Source: Candidatus Colivivens equi (lineage in GTDB: Bacteria > Bacteroidota > Bacteroidia > Bacteroidales > Bacteroidaceae). From it: DNA of 44,407 bases. The stretch is from the NCBI GenBank assembly GCA_018066015.1, contig JAGHSE010000299.1:1-44407 (forward strand). The letters run 5' to 3'. Made by a program: the position numbers and the translations under genes. Under the pieces are notes generated by a model. The model ran no database searches, was not told the DNA's origin, and saw only the letters and a list, made by a program, of their open reading frames with translations. This document shows, in pieces, positions 36,958 through 44,407 of this stretch (positions within the stretch are counted from its first letter, which is position 1; each line of letters begins with the position of its first letter).

Positions 36958-37383
36958 TTAATTCCTTTCTTGATTGGGAATGAATCTTAATCTTGTAAAC
37001 TGTTCATTGTCTTTATCCTTAACAACGTCAACCATCGTTAAACCGTGTTGCATGATGTCTTGCCCGATAAGCACGTGTTCATTCAAATTTGTACTTAAAT
37101 TCACCAGCACTTGACTCAGTTCAAAACACCCACTATCCGGCATTATGATGACGCAATGTGCTGTAGATAAAGACGCATCGCCGTTAGCTGTTGTTGCGTA
37201 GCCCCTACCGTGCATTTGCAATTCGAGAGCTTCCGCAACATCTTTTGATATGCAAGTTTGAGTAGCTCCTGTATCCCAGATGGCATCCTGCACATCTAAA
37301 AACTTCCCGTTGCTCTCATTTCCAATGCGTACTTTCAGAAACGGGCGTTTGTCTTTTGTATGTGGGGTTAATGATTCAAACAT
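36958..37383 (-). CDS. Retropepsin-like (clan AA) aspartic protease
   Basis: AIWDTGATQTCIS (DTGA active site) and HVLIGQDIM (flap/ILG-like motif) in a 141-aa protein. It abuts the TcmP-like start with no gap. Confidence 0.65.
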   Translation of the reverse strand: MFESLTPHTKDKRPFLKVRIGNESNGKFLDVQDAIWDTGATQTCISKDVAEALELQMHGRGYATTANGDASLSTAHCVIIMPDSGCFELSQVLVNLSTNLNEHVLIGQDIMQHGLTMVDVVKDKDNEQFTRLRFIPNQERN

Positions 37384-37411
37384 CTAATACAATGATAATT
37401 TTGAGTATCAA

Positions 37412-39979
37412 CTATTTTTCTCTATCGGCAACAAGAATCGGAATCAGCGATGCTGCTTCTTCGAGGTAGTCTTCTGCATTCTCGCCAAAGAGAATCTCTG
37501 CCCACACCTTATCAACATTACGAACTTCTGGTGAACGGAGGTTGATAAAGTCTGAAATAGGAGTGCTAATGATTCGTTGAATCTGCTCCTCGGTGAAGCG
37601 TCCTGTCAAAGGAACGTGAAGAGGTTCGTAGTCACGCTGCTCCAATTTTCGAAGTCCTTTGCGGTTATTGCCGTAGGCTTCGCATTCTAATTGATAGAAC
37701 ACAGTAGAGAACCAAGATGCAAGAAGCTTTGATCGCTGTTCGTCTGCCTCTATCACGAAGAAGTTCGTGGATACGTATGTTGTCTTATCGCTTATGAATA
37801 CACGTCCTGTACTTCTAAGCATTCGAGGAAGCATTACGCAATGTGCAGGAGAAAAATGGTCGCTTTCCATTTTCAGAATCTCTACATACTCATCTGCTGA
37901 TTTTTTATCTTGACGTTGTTTCTTGTTGTTGGTAACGTCAGCTTCAAGGAATGCCTTGGCAACTCTCTTGATTTGTCGGTCAGACATACCTTGAACATTG
38001 AAGAAGTACGATTCGCCTTTACCTATGTAAACTTTTTCACCTTTTGCATTGTTTAAGCCTACTGCAAGATGCCCTCTGAGCATGTTCTTCCCTGTTTTCA
38101 GGAATGGATCATTTTCTTTCAAATACAAAAGATATGTGCAACCTTTATTTCCTACTTTACCACGAAGATAATTTTTGTACTCACTATCTTTCAGTGGAAT
38201 CAAATAGGGTGAAGTTGCAATGTTTGCCTTAACGAAGTTCTGAGCGTCTTGCCTGCTCATATTTCCAATCTGCCATCCTGATTCAAGCGTAGATTCGAGT
38301 TCTCCTTTGCTTAACAAGCTGCCTTCAAAGTGATTGTCTATGTTGGCTATCCCTTCCGAACAAAACTCCTGTGCAAGAACAGATGCAATATCAGTTGGAT
38401 CGATGAGAGAAACCACTTCGTTGCAATACAAGTAGCGCACATTTTTAGATGGTTGCCCTTTAATGCCAATTACGATTGAAGTGTTTTGAGCGACACCCTC
38501 AAAGAGTTTCTCCTGTGGATAGTTGAAGATTAATTGTAATCCGAAATCATTGAGGAGCATTCTACGAATAGCTACTGATGCCTCGCCTTTGGTTGTAAAA
38601 TGAGTATTAGGAAGAATTGCCGCAATAACAGTTCCTTCTTTGGCAAGAGCAGAAACAAGTTCTACGAAGGCTCCTTCAAGCGGCATTTGACCAACGTTAG
38701 TAGTCGGTGCTTCACCTTTCAACTGACGTATTCTTCGGTATAATTCTGCCTTACGCTGAGTACAATTGACGCCAACAGCAGAAAGATAAGGAGGATTCAT
38801 AACAACACACTTTACATTGTCAAAATCTCCAGAGGGAACATCGGCGATATTGAGGGTAGTTATCGTTGCTGTGTTATGCTTGTCTATCGTCTTTGCAAAC
38901 TTCAATCCAATTCGTAGTGACAAAAGCTGAAGGAGCTTCACATTTATATCATTCGCTACCAATTGTTTCGGTTGAATGCCTTCAAACACGTTGGTTGCTG
39001 CACAAAGTAGGCTTCCGCTTCCTGCAGCAGGATCCATTATCTTGTCATTTTCTGTAAGATTTCCGCTGATACACTTGACAAGCCATAGCATGATAGTTGC
39101 GAGTTCGGGATCAGTAGGAACTTCACCTTCGTGCTCATGCCCATTTGAGATTACCTTGTGCATAACGCTGGCCAATTCGTCTGCGTCAACGTAAGTTTTA
39201 CCAAGTTCAAAAAGTTGTTCAAGAAGCTCATTAGGGGTTTCAAGTGCGCGATCATTTGCCGGGAGATTAGGCAAGGTAAAGATATCCTTGAAATTTATCT
39301 TGGAACCTTCGTTGCAGATCAAATCAGCTCTCCTCGAAAGTTGAGCAATTGTTTTCATTCCTGGACGTTCAATCTTTGAGAACGAACCACGAATGTATTC
39401 ATAGAATAAGCCAACAAGAGCTTTCTTCCATTCCGTATCAGTGTCCATCTTGTCTTGAATCTCATCAGCAAATTGCTTGAACGATAGTAAATAGTGTCCA
39501 TCGTTATTGATGATGGTGTTCAAGAATCCCACGTACTGCTCAATGAGGTCAGCCATAAACACTTCCTTGGTTACATCAGCAAAATGATGGTTGATGACGA
39601 TTCCTGGCTCTATGATCTGCTCATAAACATTAGGCCGATTGCGGTCGAACTTGAATAGGCAAGATGCTTCAAGATTGGTGAGAATGTAGTAGTTGCTTTC
39701 CAACTCTGCTTCACGCAATGATTGAACATAACTCATCGCTTGATATTGGTAGCGAGTACTATTTACCGCAGCAACTGTACGCTTTACTTCAACAACACAA
39801 AGAATCTTGTTGTCGATTTTGTTTGCAATCACCAAGTCCATTTCAATGGAACCTACATAGCGATGATGTTGAACCTCGTAACGGTCATCAAGGTTCAATC
39901 TCACAAGTGCAGCATTTAATGCTTCTTCACATACGGGATGGAAGCATTCAACCTCTCTATCTGTATTCTTTAGCCACAT
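37412..39979 (-). CDS. Fused PD-(D/E)xK nuclease-like N-terminal domain + gamma-class N6-adenine (NPPY) methyltransferase; type IIG-like restriction-modification enzyme
   Basis: N-terminal IEMDLVIAN...LCVVEVKR (D...ExK, HSDR_N-like). IMDPAAGSGSLL (motif I). CVVMNPPYL (motif IV). A long C-terminal putative target-recognition region. I prefer ATG 39979 (MWLKNTD) over the track start at 40027, which overlaps dcm by 41 nt. Confidence 0.7.
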   Translation of the reverse strand: MWLKNTDREVECFHPVCEEALNAALVRLNLDDRYEVQHHRYVGSIEMDLVIANKIDNKILCVVEVKRTVAAVNSTRYQYQAMSYVQSLREAELESNYYILTNLEASCLFKFDRNRPNVYEQIIEPGIVINHHFADVTKEVFMADLIEQYVGFLNTIINNDGHYLLSFKQFADEIQDKMDTDTEWKKALVGLFYEYIRGSFSKIERPGMKTIAQLSRRADLICNEGSKINFKDIFTLPNLPANDRALETPNELLEQLFELGKTYVDADELASVMHKVISNGHEHEGEVPTDPELATIMLWLVKCISGNLTENDKIMDPAAGSGSLLCAATNVFEGIQPKQLVANDINVKLLQLLSLRIGLKFAKTIDKHNTATITTLNIADVPSGDFDNVKCVVMNPPYLSAVGVNCTQRKAELYRRIRQLKGEAPTTNVGQMPLEGAFVELVSALAKEGTVIAAILPNTHFTTKGEASVAIRRMLLNDFGLQLIFNYPQEKLFEGVAQNTSIVIGIKGQPSKNVRYLYCNEVVSLIDPTDIASVLAQEFCSEGIANIDNHFEGSLLSKGELESTLESGWQIGNMSRQDAQNFVKANIATSPYLIPLKDSEYKNYLRGKVGNKGCTYLLYLKENDPFLKTGKNMLRGHLAVGLNNAKGEKVYIGKGESYFFNVQGMSDRQIKRVAKAFLEADVTNNKKQRQDKKSADEYVEILKMESDHFSPAHCVMLPRMLRSTGRVFISDKTTYVSTNFFVIEADEQRSKLLASWFSTVFYQLECEAYGNNRKGLRKLEQRDYEPLHVPLTGRFTEEQIQRIISTPISDFINLRSPEVRNVDKVWAEILFGENAEDYLEEAASLIPILVADREK

Positions 39980-39986
39980 GGTCGTG

Positions 39987-41012
39987 TTACGCATTAAGTT
40001 GTTCATTAAGTTGTGTTGCAAGGACAAATGCTAATTGTGGAGGAACGGCATTGCCAACAATCAGATTCTTGTCTTGCTTAGATTTGCAGACAAATTCGTA
40101 ATCATCAGGAAACGTCTGCAAACGCATTGCCTCACGTAAAGTAATTAATCGATCGTACTTGTAATGGATATTGCATCCGACATTTGGACGATTGAAATAA
40201 GTATTGATAGTGTAAGACGGCTTCTCGGGTAGCATTCTTCCGTAGCAGGTTGTATGACCTCCATCTCGTTTTAATCTTTTGATTCGTACTGAGTCAACTT
40301 CATCGGGAATATCCATATAATTACCGCCAGGTTTTACGTGATGACAAATGTATTGGTCAAGTTTGCTCATCGTTGGGAAACCATGTTCTGTAATGACCTC
40401 CGACTCGCCAGCAAGAGGAAGATCACCAATTGCTTGTTCTACACTTACATATTTCTGCTTACCATCTGTGCCATCTGCATTGTGCGTCGTTTCTGGAAAT
40501 ACGAAATCCTTACCTTTCATGCCAACAATGATTACTCGTTTGCGTACTTGTGGCACTCCATAATCTGCGGCATTTACCAATTTCCACTGCACATTATAAC
40601 CTAATTCGGCAAATGATTTCAGCAGGTTGTCAAGAATCTTGTTACCTTCTTTGTCTTTTGCAGACATCAAACCAACCACATTCTCAAACAAAAAGGCTTT
40701 GGGTGCAACATGCTTGATAATTTCCATGTAACGCCAAACCAATTGCCCTCTGGCATCATCACAATGACGATTACCGGCAAGTGAAAAAGATTGGCATGGA
40801 GGTCCACCGATGACAACGTCAGCTTGCGGAATCTCATTCAAGTTAATGGCTGTAATGTCACCGCATACTATATGATTGCCAACATTCTTACTGTAGGAGT
40901 TTGCGGCATCCTTGTTGTTATCGATTGCCCAGAGGATGTTGTAACCAGCTTTCTTGAAACCAAGATCAAGACCGCCTCCACCGGAAAATAAGCTTATCGT
41001 TGTATTAGTCAT
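39987..41012 (-). CDS. dcm: DNA (cytosine-5)-methyltransferase
   Basis: ISLFSGGGGLDLGF (motif I), GGPPCQSFS (IV), FLFENV (VI), GNAVPPQLA (X). Confidence 0.95.
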   Translation of the reverse strand: MTNTTISLFSGGGGLDLGFKKAGYNILWAIDNNKDAANSYSKNVGNHIVCGDITAINLNEIPQADVVIGGPPCQSFSLAGNRHCDDARGQLVWRYMEIIKHVAPKAFLFENVVGLMSAKDKEGNKILDNLLKSFAELGYNVQWKLVNAADYGVPQVRKRVIIVGMKGKDFVFPETTHNADGTDGKQKYVSVEQAIGDLPLAGESEVITEHGFPTMSKLDQYICHHVKPGGNYMDIPDEVDSVRIKRLKRDGGHTTCYGRMLPEKPSYTINTYFNRPNVGCNIHYKYDRLITLREAMRLQTFPDDYEFVCKSKQDKNLIVGNAVPPQLAFVLATQLNEQLNA

Positions 41013-42468
41013 GATTACTTAACCTTTCTTGTTTTGAGTTTTCAAATTCTTGTTGAGCATTCTCTGTACCGTAGTATTTGTTCAGCACATTTGTGATATT
41101 TGTGACAATCTCCTCGTCTGTCGTGGCTATCAAATTTTCAGCAAACCGTATCAAGTCTTGTTTGTCTTCATCGGTAATGAGACTTGGATGGGGAATCTCG
41201 ATAGCATCAATGTCGTACTTTTGAAGTTTTAACAACCCTTTTCCGTAAGTTTTGCCACATTTTTCAAGTTGCAAAAACACATGGTAATTGTTTAAAAGTG
41301 CCATCAAGAGAAGGGGATTCTCTGTCTTTGCACTTATCATATAGAAATTGTCACGAACATTTCTTCCCCCCTCATTTAGAACAAACTTAATGTTGTTGCG
41401 TATAATGTAGGAGAAAATTATTTGTGCACTTGGGGGCATAGTGATGGAGTACCAGTTCTGACCGTTCTCTATTAGCGTCTTCAGCGTTTGAGGTTTTCCT
41501 TCTTTTAAGATAACCATTGCACAGTTTTCCAAGTAGGTGAGTTCCTCATCGTTTGCCTCTTTTTCAGAAACGATTACCAACAACTTGTCTTGTTTGCATT
41601 TCTTGGTTGTGTAGCCGTAGAAATCTTTAGGTGAAGAAAGAATGTCAATTAGGTGATCCTGTGTGAACAAAGACGGATTAACAAAAAACTTATTGGCACC
41701 AGTTGTAACTCCTCTTCTGATATTTGCGATAGTATGTAGTTTCACCAAACCATCCTGTTTCCTAGTTTGTTCATTAGAAGATTCCACTACGGTGTAAGTT
41801 TCCCCTTTAACGAGCATTTTCTGGTAATTTGTTCCACTAATAGTGTTGCGTTTGAATTTGAGGATGCACACATCAACCATAGGCGAACCTACGAACGGGT
41901 CTCCTGTTACATTTATGAAATCAGTTATGCATCCATAATGGCCGATTTGTTCTCTGAATTGTTTGCCTACTGGGGTATTCGTCCATGAGTTCGGGAAAAT
42001 CGCTATCAACTCACCACCATCTTTCAGCAACAGAATTGCCCTCAAGATGAAATACATGTATAGATTAGCTTTTGTCGAGATAGTCATTAAGCCACATGCA
42101 GATTGAAGTTTCTGCTTAGTAACACCCAATTCTGCCATAGCGTCAATTTCCTCTTGTCGAACGTAAGGAGGATTCATGATAATTCCATCAAATTCTTCCT
42201 CAATATCAAAGAAATCACAATTAAGCAACTGACATCTTGCAGAATTGGGATTCGTAAACTTATCAAAAGAATCCTTATCAATTTCAACGCCCTGCACCTT
42301 ATGGTTTGTGTTTGCCAACAGACTTTCAATAAACACACCTCCTCCGAAGCATGGGTCAAGCACCCTTGCTCCGTCAACAATGGTAAACAGATTAACCATG
42401 TAATCTGCGATGGTACGTTTTGTATAAACTTGTCCGAGGTTCATTTGATGATGTGCGGATTTATCCAA
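41005..42468 (-). CDS. N6-adenine DNA methyltransferase (Eco57I/TaqI-like gamma class) with a C-terminal target-recognition domain
   Basis: GQVYTKRTIADYM, VLDPCFGGGVF (motif I), GIIMNPPYV (motif IV). 8-nt overlap with dcm. Confidence 0.85.
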   Translation of the reverse strand: MDKSAHHQMNLGQVYTKRTIADYMVNLFTIVDGARVLDPCFGGGVFIESLLANTNHKVQGVEIDKDSFDKFTNPNSARCQLLNCDFFDIEEEFDGIIMNPPYVRQEEIDAMAELGVTKQKLQSACGLMTISTKANLYMYFILRAILLLKDGGELIAIFPNSWTNTPVGKQFREQIGHYGCITDFINVTGDPFVGSPMVDVCILKFKRNTISGTNYQKMLVKGETYTVVESSNEQTRKQDGLVKLHTIANIRRGVTTGANKFFVNPSLFTQDHLIDILSSPKDFYGYTTKKCKQDKLLVIVSEKEANDEELTYLENCAMVILKEGKPQTLKTLIENGQNWYSITMPPSAQIIFSYIIRNNIKFVLNEGGRNVRDNFYMISAKTENPLLLMALLNNYHVFLQLEKCGKTYGKGLLKLQKYDIDAIEIPHPSLITDEDKQDLIRFAENLIATTDEEIVTNITNVLNKYYGTENAQQEFENSKQERLSNHD

Positions 42469-42573
42469 TTTAAGGTGTAAAGATAATAAGAATTTCTCAA
42501 ATAATCAATGATTATTAAGATTTTAACACTCCGAACGCCCAAAATAGCACAATATGGTACTCTAATCTAGCAC

Positions 42574-44274
42574 TTATTCTACATTTATGGCACTTACTTT
42601 TAGAAGACAATGCAATACAGACAGAGCTGTTTGAATGTTATAATCGCCCGACGAGGTGAAACCGTGAGCTATGTTATTACGAAGATTCCACCCCTGCTTG
42701 GTGAGTATTGCCAACAGCATCTTTTGAGTTCGTGGCGATATTAGAGCACTTCCTTCTGGGCACTTCCGTTTTGCCATTTTGTCAAGCAATTCTTCCAACA
42801 GGATCTCATTGTGCGATGGTGTTACAGTTGCGATGTTAACCCTTCTGCAAGCATCACGAATGCAGCCTTCAATCTTCATCGTCAGCGAATCAATGGCACA
42901 GACGTAGTCACCTTTGTATTTTCCTTCACTTTCCACTTCCGCTTGAATTTCCGTAAGTAGTAATTTAAGAGCTGGTGAAATGGTTGTCATCCAAGATTCA
43001 TGAGTTTCCTGAAGGCTTGCATTTACTGGTATTCGAGGTTCCCCGAACCACGTTTGATTGAAGTAATCAACAATGGTATCGTAGGAAAACTTTTTCATTT
43101 CGATAAGTGAACGGAGGGTAATCATAATTGTGGTGATTGTCAGTATTGTATAATTTTGTGAATAAGATTGTAGTTGCCTATGTTTCTTCTCATACTCCAT
43201 CCAATCATGCGGATTGCCATTATTGTCAAATTTGTACATAGAAATGCCAAGGCGTTTGAGTTCCGCGAATGGGTCAAATGCATCGCCATCTGTTGCCGGG
43301 ATCAATCGGTCATCTGTAGCTAATGCGTAAAAGGGTGATTCTGCTGACAACAAGATGTTCTTGAATGGTTGAAATGCTTCGTTAGATATTGATACTTGAT
43401 GTGTGAAATGCTGCAATCCTCTACCACTTGACTTAGCGTCCATGAAGAGTTTATAACATTCCTGTGCCTCGTCCTCACGCTCAGCAGCAAGAAGATACTC
43501 GTATTTGGCGTATAACCATTTTGCATCAAATACAGAATAGGGCTTTCGCACAAGCTTTTTGTCTTGGTTCTTTGCCAAAGCTACATATAATGGTTTGAGA
43601 ACTGCTTTTTCGGATGTTCCATAGCAATGAATGAGGGTTTCATAGAACTCTTGGTTGGTAAAATAGTTATCTGTCAGATTACCAACAATATTGGACTCAA
43701 CTGATAGAGAAATTGTTTCCTGCGCTGACAAGTATCCATATTTTCTTAGCATCGTCAGAGTGCAAATCTTGTCATCCAAATCCGACGATTGAATAAACCC
43801 AAGTACAGCATCGTAGGTTTCTTCTTTCAAAACTCTGTACTTCTCGCTGTTGTAAATCAAAGAGCGCAGAACATTCAGATAATCAAAACGGTGGTATTGT
43901 TTGTGATTCTTCAGTACGCAGATGTAATCTTGCACCAACATCCTTGCGTACTTGCCGTTAGGTTTCGCCTGAGCATTACTAATAACGTCAGCATAAAACC
44001 CACGAATGAGCGGATTTGTGAGCACACCAAGTCGATGCTTCTCCAGGAAACTCATTTCTTCCTTGCTTAAAGGCTCGTTCATCTTGACAGAGAAGGGTTT
44101 ATAATCTTTTGATAATGATCTGTGTTCCCAATTACAACAAAGCACCTTGATGTCTGCGGTAGTGAGCTGATTGGTGAATTCTTCAGAGACTTCATCAAGC
44201 AATTCCATGTTGGTTAAATCGAGACGATCGATTGAGTATGTAAGCGAATCCAATTTATCGAAGAATGATAGCAT
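42574..44274 (-). CDS. DUF4209-like protein with a C-terminal HEPN-type Rx4H motif
   Basis: WNLRNNIAHGF near the C-terminus matches the DUF4209 hallmark RNxxxHG and the HEPN Rx4-6H pattern. The rest is alpha-helical with no motif I recognise. Confidence 0.6.
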   Translation of the reverse strand: MLSFFDKLDSLTYSIDRLDLTNMELLDEVSEEFTNQLTTADIKVLCCNWEHRSLSKDYKPFSVKMNEPLSKEEMSFLEKHRLGVLTNPLIRGFYADVISNAQAKPNGKYARMLVQDYICVLKNHKQYHRFDYLNVLRSLIYNSEKYRVLKEETYDAVLGFIQSSDLDDKICTLTMLRKYGYLSAQETISLSVESNIVGNLTDNYFTNQEFYETLIHCYGTSEKAVLKPLYVALAKNQDKKLVRKPYSVFDAKWLYAKYEYLLAAEREDEAQECYKLFMDAKSSGRGLQHFTHQVSISNEAFQPFKNILLSAESPFYALATDDRLIPATDGDAFDPFAELKRLGISMYKFDNNGNPHDWMEYEKKHRQLQSYSQNYTILTITTIMITLRSLIEMKKFSYDTIVDYFNQTWFGEPRIPVNASLQETHESWMTTISPALKLLLTEIQAEVESEGKYKGDYVCAIDSLTMKIEGCIRDACRRVNIATVTPSHNEILLEELLDKMAKRKCPEGSALISPRTQKMLLAILTKQGWNLRNNIAHGFTSSGDYNIQTALSVLHCLLKVSAINVE

Positions 44275-44311
44275 AGTGAAAGGCGTTTGAATGATAAGTT
44301 TTTAATAGGTG

Positions 44312-44319
44312 CAAAGTTA
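44312..44319 (-). promoter_or_regulatory. Bacteroidota -7 box (TAACTTTG) heading the minus-strand array
   Basis: Reverse complement of caaagtta, 38 nt upstream of ATG 44274. Confidence 0.45.
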
Positions 44320-44407
44320 CAAAAAAATAACGAAAATCCTGATAACAGTTAGGAACAGATAACAGTTAAACAAAAACGAAAATCAAGATAAATAGTAGGT
44401 TATATAA

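Noticed and set aside
42500-42516. The palindrome AATAATCA-A-TGATTATT in the gap between the DUF4209 gene and the MTase gene, as a possible controller-protein operator
   Set aside because: An 8-bp AT-only palindrome in AT-rich intergenic DNA is easily produced by chance, and no C-protein-like HTH gene lies adjacent. I noted it but do not call it.

Overview
Bacteroidota chromosome segment, probably Prevotellaceae-like. This call rests on TAnnTTTG -7 promoter boxes, T9SS C-terminal sorting domains, low GC and the DnaK sequence. Positions 1-23.6 kb are ordinary core genome. They carry an ion transporter, an NlpC/P60 peptidase and two tandem CotH-kinase/LTD/T9SS paralogs. They also carry GH31, a thioredoxin-like protein, GH127, NhaC, riboflavin synthase, an RluA-family pseudouridine synthase, a Wzx-like flippase, a GT2 glycosyltransferase, DUF4494 and dnaK. 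A repeat-rich, ORF-free 0.8 kb stretch follows the dnaK terminator. A compositionally mosaic defence island then runs off the right edge, and no integrase, tRNA or transposase is visible in the window. The island has three parts. (1) A plus-strand XRE / AlbA_2-Schlafen-like ATPase / membrane-protein operon. (2) An AT-rich NYN-nuclease + NACHT(STAND)-pentapeptide-repeat pair, whose NACHT gene is split by an A8 homopolymer frameshift. (3) A roughly 14 kb, 14-gene minus-strand array, in this order: DUF4209/HEPN-like, N6A-MTase, Dcm, nuclease-fused NPPY MTase (type IIG-like), retropepsin-like protease, TcmP-like protein, Gp37/Gp68 (DUF5131) three-Cys protein, small unknown, Pif1-like helicase with an extra domain, nucleoside-deoxyribosyltransferase-like protein, Vsr, Fic, a wHTH protein and a DUF6155-like protein. 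The best candidate for an undescribed system is the protease/TcmP/DUF5131/small/Pif1/NDT cassette. It sits between the methyltransferases and Vsr. All calls come from reading the sequence and translations by eye. No database search was run.
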